Shown: one piece after another, positions 1 to 10,719 of the stretch
Layout of the letters: every line of letters begins with the position of its first letter
Numbering within the stretch: position 1 is the stretch's first letter
Source of the DNA: Spirochaetia bacterium
Lineage (GTDB): Bacteria; Spirochaetota; Spirochaetia; SZUA-6; Bin103
DNA: 64,000 nt
Reading direction: 5' to 3'
NCBI GenBank assembly: GCA_965198005.1
Contig: CBDAOI010000004.1
Coordinates: forward strand, 1,152,001 to 1,216,000
Translations under genes and position numbers: made by a program
The notes under the pieces: generated by a model
Databases searched by the model: none
Told to the model about the DNA's origin: nothing
The model's input: only the letters and a program-made list of their open reading frames with translations

Positions 1-103
1 GACCACGGCACGAACACGTAGCGTTGCCCGGCGCTACGCGTCAGGAACTGCCCGGCCCGGCGCGGACTTTGTGCAGTGCCGGCGACGCGGGTAAGATGGG
101 GCG

Positions 104-1729
104 ATGAGGCGACGCCGACTGCCGATCGGCATCCAGACCTTCCGCACCCTGCGCGAGCGGGACTGCTACTACGTGGACAAGACCGCCTACGTCGAGCGGT
201 TGCTCGATGAAGGCACGCACTACTTTCTGTCGCGCCCGCGGCGGTTCGGCAAGAGCCTGTTTCTGGACACACTGAAGGAGCTGTTCGAAGGCAGCGAGGA
301 GCTGTTCGAAGGGCTGCGCATTCACGCGGGCCACGACTGGTCGGAGCGGCATCCGGTGGTGCGGCTGAGCTTTGGCGGGAGCAGCTTCACGGAGCCCGAG
401 CATTTGCACGCGAACGTGATGGCGCAGTTGGACGGGGTAGCGGAACAACATGGCGTGAGCGCGCGCTACACCACCGGGCCAGAGCGGTTCGCGCATCTGC
501 TCAGGACCCTGCATGCGCGAGCTGGGCGGCGGGTGGTGGTGCTGGTGGACGAGTACGACAAGCCGATCCTGGACGCACTGGAGAGGCCGGAGGTGGCGCG
601 CGCCAACCGCGACTACCTGCGCGGACTGTACGGGGTGATCAAGGACAGCGACGCGCACGTGCGGTTCGCGTTTCTGACCGGCATCACCAAATTCTCGAAG
701 GCAAACCTGTTCTCGCAGTTGAACAACCTCACCGACATCACGCTGGATCCGGTCTACTCGACAATCTGCGGCTACACGGAGGGCGATCTGGACGCGGTGT
801 TCGCCCCGGAGCTGGCCGGCCTGGACCGGGAGCGGGTGCGGGAATGGTACAACGGCTACAGTTGGCTGGGCGCGGAGAAGGTGTACAACCCGTACGATGT
901 GCTGCTGCTGCTGCGCCGCCGCAAGTTCGCCGCCCACTGGTTCGAGACCGGGACGCCGGCGTTCCTGGTGGACACGCTGTTCGAACGGCAGGTCGCGTCG
1001 GTATCACTGGACCAGACGGTGAGCACGGAGGCGTTGCTGTCGGCGTTCGACGTGGGCGGCCGCTCCGCCGCTGAGCACATCGGCACCGAGGCGCTGCTGT
1101 TCCAGACCGGCTACCTGACGATCACGGGGGAGGAGGAGCTGGGAGGCAAGGCGCTGTACCGGCTGGGCTATCCGAACCGGGAGGTGCGGCAGAGCCTGAA
1201 TGAGTGTCTACTGCAGCATCTGGTGCAGGACGTGCAGCAACAGACGGCCAACAGCACGCGCCTGGCGCGCCTGCTGGAAGCCCACGACTGCGCGGGCCTG
1301 AAGGAGCTGTTCCACGCCTTCTTCGCCAGCATCCCGTACCAGTGGTACACGAACAACCGGATCGCCGACTACGAGGGCTTCTACGCGAGCGTGTTCTACT
1401 CCTACTTCGCGGCGTTGGGGTACGAGATCGCGGTGGAGGAATCGAGCAGCCACGGCCGGCTGGACATGGTGGTGAGGACTGGCGGGCACGTGTACCTGTT
1501 CGAGTTCAAGGTGGTGGAGATGGCGTCGCCGGGATCGGCCCTGGCGCAGTTGCGGGAGCGGGACTACGCAGCGAAGTACCGCGGCGGCGGCGAGCGGACA
1601 CCGCTGGGGAGCACCCGATCCGGTGGCGGGCCAACCGCTCCTGGTGGGGGGCAGCGGATCCATTTGATCGGGGTGGAGTTCAGCCGCGAGACGCGCAACG
1701 TGACGGCGTTCGAGGTGGCCGACGGCTGA
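104..1729 (+). CDS. AAA-ATPase-like protein with C-terminal PD-(D/E)xK nuclease domain
   Basis: LPIGIQTF..YYVDKT N-terminus, Walker A RPRRFGKS, Walker B VLVDEYDKP, C-terminal GRLDMVV..LFEFK nuclease motif. Confidence 0.9.
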   Translation: MRRRRLPIGIQTFRTLRERDCYYVDKTAYVERLLDEGTHYFLSRPRRFGKSLFLDTLKELFEGSEELFEGLRIHAGHDWSERHPVVRLSFGGSSFTEPEHLHANVMAQLDGVAEQHGVSARYTTGPERFAHLLRTLHARAGRRVVVLVDEYDKPILDALERPEVARANRDYLRGLYGVIKDSDAHVRFAFLTGITKFSKANLFSQLNNLTDITLDPVYSTICGYTEGDLDAVFAPELAGLDRERVREWYNGYSWLGAEKVYNPYDVLLLLRRRKFAAHWFETGTPAFLVDTLFERQVASVSLDQTVSTEALLSAFDVGGRSAAEHIGTEALLFQTGYLTITGEEELGGKALYRLGYPNREVRQSLNECLLQHLVQDVQQQTANSTRLARLLEAHDCAGLKELFHAFFASIPYQWYTNNRIADYEGFYASVFYSYFAALGYEIAVEESSSHGRLDMVVRTGGHVYLFEFKVVEMASPGSALAQLRERDYAAKYRGGGERTPLGSTRSGGGPTAPGGGQRIHLIGVEFSRETRNVTAFEVADG

Positions 1730-1759
1730 CGCCGGCTGGCGGTGGCGCGTCGTGACGGG

Positions 1760-2320
1760 TCATGACGTGCCGGTCGCGCCAGAAGTACAGCGGCGGCTGC
1801 AGCCGGTGATGACGAGATGGCAGGCGAGCCCGGTGTCGACCAGGTAGAGCTTCGGACTCTTCACCAGCCGCTTGTTGAAGTTGCGATGGTAGGGGCGGAG
1901 CAACCGTTCGAAGGTTTCCAGGTCACCGACGTTGAGCAGGGCCCGCACGTCGCGGGCGAGGTAGGTCTGAACGTAGTCGGGTAGCCAGATTTCGGGAGGG
2001 ATGGCCCGATCGTGGATGCGCGGGTAGAAACCGGTGCGCACGGTGGACCAGAGATCGAGTTGCGTGGCGCGGTTGGAGAACAACGCACCGGGCTGGCCGG
2101 GAGCGGCGTGCGGTTGCGACTCCAACTCCGCGCGTGACAGGGGCAACAGATGGAGGATTCCGGTTCGCCCCGCCAGAGTCTGCGATATTCTGTCCATCAG
2201 TAGGAGATTCTGAGATCCGGTTAGCACGTAGGTTCCCGCGTGGTCCGGGTGATCGACCGCAACCTGGATCGCGGAGAGGATGTCCGGGACCCGCTGGACC
2301 TCGTCGATGATGACCGGTGG
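1760..2320 (-). pseudogene. AAA_14/DUF4143 ATP-binding protein remnant, 5'-truncated and internally deleted
   Basis: PVIIDEVQRVP..YVLTGSQN..SQTLAGR, GFYP, then jumps directly to LRPYHRNFNKRLVKSPKLYLVDTGLACHL. Confidence 0.75.
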
Positions 2321-3014
2321 ACGGTAGCGGGACAGAAAGCCGTGGGGATGCTCGATCGGGGTGTGGGGAATGTAGCGCGCCGCGTCGGTCCGCGCGGACT
2401 CCTAAACGGGAATCAGCCCGAGCCCATAGTGGATCGGAACCGCGACCACTGGGTAGCAGCGTTTCGTCGGAAACCGCTCGGCCAGTCGCTCGACCTGCTG
2501 GACCCGCGGCTGCGCGGCGCCGGCGGCCGCTACGGGGGCGGGCGCCGCCCACGCCGCACGCGGCTGACCCGCCCAGCCAGCCTGTCTATTGGATTGACGC
2601 CCGCTCTCGCGGCGGGATACAATCAGATCCATGTCGACGAAATCAGACAGCCGGTCCCGGGCGAAAAGCGCTCGCGAACGCCGGATATCTGCAACGGAGG
2701 CGAGCCGCTCGTGGTTGGGCAGATCGATGCGCAACTGAGCGCGGCGGTTAGCGGCAACGTAACCGGCGTGTCCTACCCTTGCGCGGCGGGGGTTGACAAA
2801 TGGTGGGCCCCCCAGACTGTCTCTTCAGGCCATCGACTGCCGTTCACCGAGAATTGCTGGGGCGATTCGTGGTTGAAATCCACGGGAGCGGAGGTTATTC
2901 CAGGGTGGGATCCAGTCAATCGCGACATCGCGACTACATCTGGGTCTGGGTATAGCCGTGCCTCACCTGCGGAGGGCTTGAGTGACCTAACGTAGGGGTC
3001 TGGAAGCTCTATGT

Positions 3015-3728
3015 TTACTTCGCTATCCCCGTATCAATCTCGAACCACTTCCTTGCTTGACCTCCCACGAATCTCGTAAGCCAGTAATTCGCTGTCCCGC
3101 TAATGACGACCCCTACCCCGAATGGGATGGTCTTCTCAAGCGCCTTCCTCGTGAAGGTTACGCCGACTTTCTTGAATGCCTGCTTCACCGCCTGTATTGC
3201 TGCTCCCTGCAGGTACTGGCGCAACATCTTCACACCGGCCTTCGATCCTACTCGCACTGTACCTTCGACTCCTGCATGTCCAACAGCGCCGGTAGCCGCG
3301 ATCAGATATACCATATGCCGATTGTCTTCGGACGAAATATCATATCCGAAGACAGCCGCGAGACACATGCACATATTGACTTGGAGTTTCATACACGCCG
3401 CGGTATCCGCCAAGCCACCAGCAAGAGTCGCCAGCGCAGTCCCGATCCCGGGAACGACACCTGCGAGCGCTGTTGCGCTACCAAAAGACGCGGCGAGCCG
3501 ACTATATCGACGAATAATCCTGTCGGCGGCACGACGACGATCTCTTGGCATTGGTTCGTCAGGGGCCCCAGACCGGCCAGTGCCGTGCCCGTCCTTGCCA
3601 ACGCCACTCTTTATGAGGTACTGGTCAGCAAGCCGCTGAGCATCCGCTGGTGAGATCGCTATCGATTCTACGGCTCGTAGCAGACGTGAGTCTCGGTCGT
3701 CCGCGCCTTCGCTGCTGTTCGTATTCAC
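3015..3728 (-). CDS. EcsC-family protein
   Basis: 237-aa lower-GC ORF with GVVPGIG..AD and KTIPFGVGVVISGTANY motifs typical of the EcsC family. Confidence 0.65.
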   Translation of the reverse strand: MNTNSSEGADDRDSRLLRAVESIAISPADAQRLADQYLIKSGVGKDGHGTGRSGAPDEPMPRDRRRAADRIIRRYSRLAASFGSATALAGVVPGIGTALATLAGGLADTAACMKLQVNMCMCLAAVFGYDISSEDNRHMVYLIAATGAVGHAGVEGTVRVGSKAGVKMLRQYLQGAAIQAVKQAFKKVGVTFTRKALEKTIPFGVGVVISGTANYWLTRFVGGQARKWFEIDTGIAK

Positions 3729-3909
3729 TTGTTTATCTGCCTTGTCTGTAGCCGTGGGATTGTCAGTGCGCGTGTACCCAGACGGGCCGTAAGTATGCAG
3801 GCTCTCACGTTTACATGCTTCTTGTCGTGTTCCGGCATGGGTCGTGCATTATACCAGATCGCCCAAGTGCCATGTCAGGGACCGAAACTTCGAGCACCGT
3901 GTTTTAAGG

Positions 3910-4245
3910 CTACTGCGAGTAGGGGTCGGCGGCGTCGCGCAGGCCGTCGCCGACGAAGTTGAAGGCCAGCACGGTGACCACGATCGCCACCCCGGGCAGG
4001 AACAGCCACGGCGCCAGCGCCACCGCGCGGATGTTCTGCACCCCGGTCAGCAGCACACCGCAGCTTGTCACCGGTTCGCGCAGCCCCAGGCCGAGGAAGC
4101 TGAGGCTGGTCTCGGCCAGGATCATCTCCGGCACGCGCAGCGTGAGCACGGCGATCAGGTGGCTGCTGAACGACGGCACCATGTGCCGGACGATGATGCG
4201 CATCTCGCTGGCGCCCAGGTACTTGAGCCGCTTGACCCGACGCAC
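3910..4245 (-). pseudogene. C-terminal fragment of peptide ABC transporter permease (DppC/OppC)
   Basis: LGASEMRIIVRHMVP..ETSLSFLGLG..AFNFVGDGLRDAADP; the N-terminal two-thirds is missing. Confidence 0.85.
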
Positions 4246-4398
4246 AGGCGGTGAACTCCGTGCGCCGCATCTCAGGCAGAATCAGGTGACACCTCTGGCA
4301 GCTCGGACGCCGGCGACCTGCGCTGCCGGCAAGCCGGCCCCGCCACGCCTGCTCCACGCCTTGAAAGCGCCAGCGAACCACGCCCCGTGGAACAGGGT

Positions 4399-5368
4399 AT
4401 GGCTGGCGAGATCTCGAAGCCCCACGATCACCTGTTCCGTTCCGTGTTCCGTGACGAGTCCGAAGCAGCCGCCCTGCTGCGCGCCCACCTGCCGGAGCCG
4501 GTCGCCGGCGCCGTGCGGTGGTCCAGCCTCGCGCGCCAGGACGTCACCTTCATCGACGACCGCCTGCGCGACAGCGAGTCGGACCTCCTGTTCGCCGTCC
4601 GGCGCAAGACCGACGGCGCACCCGCCTGGCTGTACGTGTTGCTGGAGCACCAGTCGAAGCCGGACCCCTGGCTGCGGCTGCGGCTGCTGAAGTACAGCGT
4701 CAGGATCTGGGAACGCGATTCGCAGGCGGCACCCCAACGACAAGCTCCTGCGCCCGATCGTGCCGCTGGTGTTGTATCAGGGCCGCTACCGCTGGCGCGA
4801 GCCGGCGGAGTTCTCCGCACTGTTTACCGAGCCAGTGCGCGCCTGGCCCGGTGTGCCGCGTTACGCGCATCTGTTGATCGACCAGACCGGGGTGGCGCCC
4901 GAGCAATTGCGCGGCGACCTGCACGGTCGCAGCGCGCAACATGCGCTGCTGGCGGCGTACCGGAAGAGTTGGCCGATCCTGCAACGGTTGGTGCCGCTGC
5001 TGGCAGAATTAGGGCGGGCGGGGAGAGACGAGGACGTGCGGCAGATCGTAGTGTACATTGCGACCACGACGCGGGAGGCGAAGCGCTGGCAGCGATTCGC
5101 GGACGCGGTACGGCGGCAGGTGCCGGGAGGTGAAGAACTGATGAACGAGGCGACGGTGGAGATGCTCCACATCTACGGCGAGGTCAAAGAACAGGAGGCC
5201 ATTCGGAAGGGCGAGTTGAGGGGGAAGGTACAAGTCATCGAGGGACTCCTGAACCGCGATGTCCCGTGGTCCACGATCGAAGCGGCTACCGGAATCGACC
5301 AGGCCAGGTTCCGGCAGCTCAAGCAGCAACTGGAGGCCGCCCCCGACGGCCTCAGCCCCTCCAACTGA
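4399..5368 (+). pseudogene. Rpn (YhgA-like) recombination-promoting nuclease, frameshifted near 4720
   Basis: PHDHLFRSVF, SDLLF, LYVLLEHQS; one extra T at ~4720 shifts to the frame continuing PIVPLVLYQG. Confidence 0.85.
5141..5368 (+). CDS. Putative intragenic small Rpn protein (RpnS-like antitoxin), 75 aa
   Basis: GGAGGT Shine-Dalgarno at 5126-5131 ahead of an in-frame internal ATG at 5141 in the Rpn C-terminal region. Confidence 0.55.
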   Translation: MNEATVEMLHIYGEVKEQEAIRKGELRGKVQVIEGLLNRDVPWSTIEAATGIDQARFRQLKQQLEAAPDGLSPSN

Positions 5369-5395
5369 GCCCTCCGCTCCTGGTCCGGTTCTCGA

Positions 5396-5792
5396 TCAAT
5401 CCATCGCGGTGCGCCGGAACGCTCGTTGCAGGTCGAGCGACACGTTACGCAGCAGAACCCGGTTCAGGCTTTGGCGCACCTCCCGGTTGGGATAGCCGAG
5501 CCGATACAGCGCCTCGTCGCCGAGCCGCTCTTCCCCGGTGATGGTCAAGTAGCCGGTCTGGAACAGCAACGCCTCGGTGCCGATGTGCTCAGCGGCGGAG
5601 CGGCCGCCGACGTCGAACGCCGACAGCAGGGCTCCGGTGCTCACCATCTCGTCCAGTGACACCGACGAGACCCGTCGCTCAAACAGAGTGTCCACCAGAA
5701 ACGCCGGCGTGCCAGTCTCGAACCAGTGCGCTTCGAACTCGCCGCGGCGCAGCAGCAACAGCAGGTCGTACGGGTTGTACACCTTCTCCGGG
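5396..5792 (-). pseudogene. Partial inverted paralogue of the AAA-PDDEXK gene at 104-1729
   Basis: EKVYNPYD..WFETGTPAFLVD..LGYPNREVRQSLN, close to residues ~258-370 of the first ORF. Confidence 0.85.
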
Positions 5793-6528
5793 CCGCGCCA
5801 GCGCCGGCCTGGAGGAACGCGCCGGCATGATCCGCCGCCTCGGCGACAAGCTGCGCGCCCTGCTGGACTCCGACGCGTTGAACGGAATCGAGGCGGACCT
5901 GCAGGCACTCACCGAGGCCGAAGGTCTGGCGATGCGGGCGGGGCCGCGTCCGCGCCTGGAGGACGGCCTGCTCGCACTCCTGCGCCAAGCCGGCGCCTCA
6001 CCGAGATGTGCACCCGCCTCGCCACCCACCATGGAGCGGCGTAGGCGTCGGCGGGCAGCGGGCCGCGCAGCACCGCCGCATCGTCACCGCAAACGGGACT
6101 CCCTCACCGCGCCCTTGGGCTCGCATCGCAACAACACAGCGGGATTGCCCGTCGACCAGATCGTGGTATTCCCGTTTACCAAACTGTGTGCGCCAACAAT
6201 CACGATGAGGCCGCCGGGTGATCTGATTACCGTTGACGAAACCTCATGGATACTGTTCCCGATCACTCGTCTCATTCTACGAGCGAAAGCTTCGTTACTG
6301 ACCATTCGGTAAGCAGTTCCGGTGCATGACCAGTAGGCTTCCGTAGGTCTTTGCGGCTGCTAGTGCTAGTCCATTCTTGCTTCCACGGCTCGGCTTGCGG
6401 ACAGACCCGTTGCACACTGCCTTGAATCCGGCGAGGCGGTCTCCGCGCTGTGGGCGGGCGACTGCTCGCCGCCGTGGCCGCTCTCTGGTGAAGCCATACG
6501 CCTGCTCCTCGCCCGCGCCTACACCGTC

Positions 6529-6975
6529 TCAGTTCCCGGTGGACTTGGTGGGACTTGGTGGGGTACTGAGAAACGGGTTCTCGATGGTCAGACTCTCGAT
6601 CTTCTGGCCGTGCTGCAGATCCTCACTGAGGAGCCGAGTGCAACCTGCCTCCAGCGCCGCCGCGATGATCAACGCGTCGTAGAATCCGTATTGGTACCGG
6701 GACTGAATGTCGAGCCCGCGCCGGTACAACTCGACGCTGGGCGTGATGGACCAGAGCGGCAGGAGCACGGTGTTCAGAAAACGGCCCGCGTGGTCCGCGG
6801 TCACCGGCGTGGGAATCTTGCGGGTGATGACGTTCAGTGTCTCCTGGACAACCTGGAAGCTGATCGCCCAACTGCCATTCAGCGCCAATCGAACGATCTC
6901 CCGTGCTCGGTTCCGTTTCAACCGATCGGTCTCGTCGAACAGGTAGACGAATACGTTCGTGTCAATGAAACTCAT
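6529..6975 (-). CDS. PIN-domain (VapC) toxin
   Basis: FIDTNVFVY, QVVQE, FYDALIIAAA, LLSEDLQHGQ motifs. Confidence 0.9.
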   Translation of the reverse strand: MSFIDTNVFVYLFDETDRLKRNRAREIVRLALNGSWAISFQVVQETLNVITRKIPTPVTADHAGRFLNTVLLPLWSITPSVELYRRGLDIQSRYQYGFYDALIIAAALEAGCTRLLSEDLQHGQKIESLTIENPFLSTPPSPTKSTGN

Positions 6976-7196
6976 CGGTCGTTCATTGCATCGCGGCTGA
7001 AGGTCCGACCGCCGGTGCGTGCGTAGCGGCTGAGGTCATCGATCAGCGCAATCGCATCGGCTGCCTGACGATCGCGCCGCGCGTAGCTGGTCAGCCAGCG
7101 GCGAAACGCGTCGTTCAACGTCGTATGCTCGGCGCGGGCTCGCGTGCGAGCGGCCTCGATCAACGCTTCGTCGGCGTTTAGTGTGATGTTTTTCAT
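6972..7196 (-). CDS. Antitoxin (VapB/RHH-like)
   Basis: MKNITLNADEALIEAAR..; 4-nt overlap with the PIN gene; CACGA-aac-TCGTG inverted repeat at 7209-7221 upstream. Confidence 0.8.
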   Translation of the reverse strand: MKNITLNADEALIEAARTRARAEHTTLNDAFRRWLTSYARRDRQAADAIALIDDLSRYARTGGRTFSRDAMNDR

Positions 7197-7241
7197 GGAT
7201 CAAGGGTACACGAAACTCGTGCGCACGACAACCGGGTTAGG

Positions 7242-8882
7242 TCAGGTTGCCGGTTGCTGCGGCCAGACCAGGACCGGGCGGCGGGCGGCGGTGACCTCGT
7301 CGAGCCGGCCGAGGGGGGTGGAGTGGGGCGCCTCGCGCACCAGCTCGGGGGTGGCGGCGGCCTCGTGCAGGATGGCGCGCAGCGCGGCGACGAAGTGGTC
7401 GAGGGTGGCCTTGGACTCGGTTTCGGTGGGTTCGACCATCAGCGCTTCCGGCACGGTGAGGGGGAAGTAGATGGTCGGCGGGTGGATGCCGTAGTCGATC
7501 AGCCGCTTGGCGAGGTCGAGGGTGCGCACCTGGTGCTCTGCCGCCTGCCGCCGGGCGCTGAACACCACTTCGTGCTTGCAGGTGCGCGGGAAGGGCACCT
7601 CCAGCACCTCCTGCAGGCGCACGCGCAGGTAGTTGGCGTTGACCACCGCCAGGCGGCTGACCTCGGCGAGGCCGTCGCCGCCGAGCGATCGGAGGTAGGC
7701 GTACCCGCGCACGGCGTTGTTGACGTTGCCGTGGAAGGCGCGCACGCGGCCGATCGAGTGCGGGCGGTCGTAGTCGTAGCGGAAGCCGTCGCCGCGGCGG
7801 CACAGCACCGGTTCCGGCAGGAACGGGGCCAGCTCGGCGGTGACCGCGATCGCCCCGGCGCCGGGGCCGCCGCCGCCGTGCGGGACGCTGAAGGTCTTGT
7901 GCAGGTTGAAGTGCAGGATGTCCATCCCCAGGTCGCCGGGGCGGGCGGCGCCGAGCATGGCGTTCATGTTGGCGCCGTCCATGTAGATCAGGGCGCCGGC
8001 CGCGTGCACTGCGGCGGCGATCTCCAGGATGCGTTCCTCGAACAGCCCGAGCGTGTTGGGGTTGGTGATCATCAGGCCGGCCACCTCGCCGTCCAGCGCC
8101 TCCTGCAGGGCGGCGAAGTCGAGGTTGCCGTCGGCGCCGGTGGGCACCGTGCGCGTGCGGTAGCCGACCATGGCGACGGTGGCGGGGTTGGTGCCGTGGG
8201 CGGAGTCGGGCACCAGCATCGTGCTGCGGCGGCGGCCGGCGGCCGCATGGCAGGCGCGGATCATCAGCGCCCCGGTCAACTCGCCGTGGGCGCCCGCGGC
8301 GGGATGGAGCGACACCGCCGGCAGTCCCGCAATCTCGCCCAGCCACTCCTGCAGCTCGCCGAGCAGGCGCAGCATGCCGGGTAGGGTGGCTTGGTCCTGG
8401 TAGGGGTGGATCAGGGCCAGCCCCGGCAGGTCGGCGACGCGGTCGTTGATCTTGGGGTTGTACTTCATGGTGCACGAGCCGAGCGGATAGAACCCCTGGT
8501 CGATCGAGAAGTTGCGCCGCGAGGTGTTGGTGAAGTGGCGCACCACCTCCGGCTCCGACAGCTCCGGCAGCGGCAACTCGGCGCGCAGCAGCGCGGCCGG
8601 CAGCGGCGCGGCGCGCGGCACGTCGAGGGCGGCAAGCTGCACCCCCCGGCGGCCGGGGACCGACTGCTCGAACAAGAGCGGCTGGTCCGGCAGCAGTCCG
8701 GCCCCGGGCTGCGCGGCGACCGCCGGCGCGCCGGGCGCGGGCGCCGTCCGGGGTTCGCGGGTACCGGCAGGAGCGGGCGCGCCGCCGCTGCTGGACGCGG
8801 GCGCCGTGGGGCGTGGTGGGCCGGCTCCGGCTGGGGCGGGCATCCCGCCGCCGCTGCCGCCGGCAGAGGGCCGGACAGTCAC
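7242..8882 (-). CDS. gcvPB: Glycine dehydrogenase (decarboxylating) subunit 2
   Basis: YPLGSCTMKYNP, SAHGTNPA, HFNLHKTFSVPHGGGGPG (PLP lysine); Pro/Ala-rich N-terminal extension. Confidence 0.96.
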   Translation of the reverse strand: MTVRPSAGGSGGGMPAPAGAGPPRPTAPASSSGGAPAPAGTREPRTAPAPGAPAVAAQPGAGLLPDQPLLFEQSVPGRRGVQLAALDVPRAAPLPAALLRAELPLPELSEPEVVRHFTNTSRRNFSIDQGFYPLGSCTMKYNPKINDRVADLPGLALIHPYQDQATLPGMLRLLGELQEWLGEIAGLPAVSLHPAAGAHGELTGALMIRACHAAAGRRRSTMLVPDSAHGTNPATVAMVGYRTRTVPTGADGNLDFAALQEALDGEVAGLMITNPNTLGLFEERILEIAAAVHAAGALIYMDGANMNAMLGAARPGDLGMDILHFNLHKTFSVPHGGGGPGAGAIAVTAELAPFLPEPVLCRRGDGFRYDYDRPHSIGRVRAFHGNVNNAVRGYAYLRSLGGDGLAEVSRLAVVNANYLRVRLQEVLEVPFPRTCKHEVVFSARRQAAEHQVRTLDLAKRLIDYGIHPPTIYFPLTVPEALMVEPTETESKATLDHFVAALRAILHEAAATPELVREAPHSTPLGRLDEVTAARRPVLVWPQQPAT

Positions 8883-10231
8883 GCTGCCGCTTCCGCCAGG
8901 GCGGTTACCAGCCGGTCGATGGCCGCGCGCGAGTTCAACTCGGTCGCGGTCAGCAGCCAGCAGCCCTCAAGCCCGAGGTCGAACCGTCCCAGATCCAGCC
9001 CGCCGACGATGCCGTGCTCCTCCCAGAGGCGCCGGTTGATCTCCGCCGGCGGCCGCGGCGTGCGCAGTGCGAACTCGCGCAGGAACGGCCGCGAGAACCG
9101 TGGGCTGAAGCCGGGCAGCCGGCCCAGCTCGGCGGCCAGGTAGTGAGAGCGGTGGTAGCACTGGTCGGCCACCTCCCGCAGTCCGCGCGGCCCGAGGGCG
9201 GCCACGTAGATCGCGACCGCGGTGGCGATCAGCGCCTCGTTGGTGCAGATGTTGCTGGTGGCGCGTTCGCGCCGGATGTCCTGCTCGCGCGGCTTGAGGG
9301 TAAGCACGAAGCCGCGCCGGCCGGCGCCGTCGTACGCCACGCCCGCCAGCCGCCCCGGCATCTGCCGCACGTTGCGCATCGACGTGGCCAGCAGGCCGAC
9401 GTAGGGGCCGCCGTAGAACAGCGGTATGCCCAGCGGCTGCCCCTCGGCGGTGGCGATGTCCACGCCCAGCTCGCCCGGCGGACGCAGCGTGGCCAGCGCC
9501 ACCGGATCGGCGGACGCGACCGCCAGCGCGCCCGCGGCGTGGGTGATCTCGACCAGCTCCTCCAGCGGCTCGATCACCCCCAAGAAGTTCGGGTACTGGG
9601 TCAGAACGGCGGCGGTGTCGGCGTCGAGCGCTTCCTGCAGAGCGCCACGGTCGGTGGCACCGGTCTCCCGGTCGAAGGGGACGGTGACGATGCGCAGGCC
9701 GATCCCCGACAGATAGGTGGCCAGCACCTGCCGGTATTCCGGATGGACCGCCGCGCTGACCACCACCGTCCGGCGCCCCGCGCGCAGCCGCGCGGCCATC
9801 AGGGCGGCCTCGGCCAGCGCCGTGGAGCCGTCGTACAGCGACGCGTTGGCCACCTCCATCCCGAACAGGCGGGCGACCATGGTCTGAAACTCGAAGATCG
9901 TCTGCAGCGTCCCTTGGCTCACCTCCGGCTGATAAGGCGTATAAGCCGTGTACAGCTCGCTACGGAACAGGAGATGCGGCACCACCGCCGGCGTGTAGTG
10001 GTGGTAGGCGCCGGCCCCGAGGAAGCAGCTATGCGTATCCAGCGCACCGTTGGCGTCGGCATGGCGCCGGAACAGCGCCGCCACCTCCGGCTCGCTCATC
10101 CCGTCCGGCAGGTCGAGCCGCGGAAACCGCTGCGCGTGCGGCACGTCGGCGAACAACTCCTCGACCGACGCCACGCCGATGGTCTCCAGCATCGCCGCCA
10201 GCTCAGCCTCGGTGTGGGGGGTGTAGCGCAC
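8879..10231 (-). CDS. gcvPA: Glycine dehydrogenase subunit 1
   Basis: FLGAGAYHH, YTAYTPYQPEVSQG, NASLYDG, REQDIRRERATSNICTN. Confidence 0.96.
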   Translation of the reverse strand: MRYTPHTEAELAAMLETIGVASVEELFADVPHAQRFPRLDLPDGMSEPEVAALFRRHADANGALDTHSCFLGAGAYHHYTPAVVPHLLFRSELYTAYTPYQPEVSQGTLQTIFEFQTMVARLFGMEVANASLYDGSTALAEAALMAARLRAGRRTVVVSAAVHPEYRQVLATYLSGIGLRIVTVPFDRETGATDRGALQEALDADTAAVLTQYPNFLGVIEPLEELVEITHAAGALAVASADPVALATLRPPGELGVDIATAEGQPLGIPLFYGGPYVGLLATSMRNVRQMPGRLAGVAYDGAGRRGFVLTLKPREQDIRRERATSNICTNEALIATAVAIYVAALGPRGLREVADQCYHRSHYLAAELGRLPGFSPRFSRPFLREFALRTPRPPAEINRRLWEEHGIVGGLDLGRFDLGLEGCWLLTATELNSRAAIDRLVTALAEAAA

Positions 10232-10327
10232 GTGATCAAGCCTATTCCCACTGCCGGCAGCGAATCAACCGGCGGAGGAGGCCGGGGTCTGCCGGCGGTG
10301 TAGCTCAAACGGCCAGCCGCGAGTTCG

Positions 10328-10390
10328 TGGGGTGGTGGTGGTGATCAACCTGCTCATCGACCTGGTCTATGGTGTCCTGGACCCCAAGCT
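10328..10390 (+). pseudogene. Tiny C-terminal remnant of a DppB/OppB permease
   Basis: VVVINLLIDLVYGVLDP is the canonical DppB C-terminus. Confidence 0.6.
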
Positions 10391-10430
10391 CTATTGCATG
10401 CACTTGCATGCATGCAGTAGTGTCGTTGGC

Positions 10431-10667
10431 ATGCGTACCACCATCGAACTACCGGACGATCTTCGCCAGCGAGTCGTGTCGGAGGCAGCCGCGCGTAGCC
10501 TCAGAGGCTACTCCCAGGTCATCGCGGACGCGCTACGCGCCTACTTCGACGGTCGACCGGATGATCGGCAGAGCGTGGTAGCCTGTGTTCGCGGCTCACT
10601 CAGTGCGCAAGCGGCAGCGGTGGAAAACCGCCGCTTGGTCGAGGTAAGGGCCAACTGGCGCACGTGA
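10431..10667 (+). CDS. Ribbon-helix-helix antitoxin; its PIN partner is truncated after 6 codons
   Basis: MRTTIELPDDL..; stop overlaps GTG ATC GTC CTG GAT ACC (MIVLDT); TGCATGCA palindromes at ~10396-10416. Confidence 0.7.
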   Translation: MRTTIELPDDLRQRVVSEAAARSLRGYSQVIADALRAYFDGRPDDRQSVVACVRGSLSAQAAAVENRRLVEVRANWRT

Positions 10668-10680
10668 TCGTCCTGGATAC

Positions 10681-10719
10681 CAGACCGAACAGACCGAACA
10701 GACCGAACAGACCGAACAG
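10681..10719. repeat. 9-bp tandem repeat (CAGACCGAA) x4
   Basis: Read directly; lies at the VapC-stub/IS110 junction. Confidence 0.9.

Noticed and set aside
2240-2995. 251-aa plus-strand ORF
   Set aside because: Partly antisense to the DUF4143 remnant and looks like a mosaic of fragments; no support as a gene
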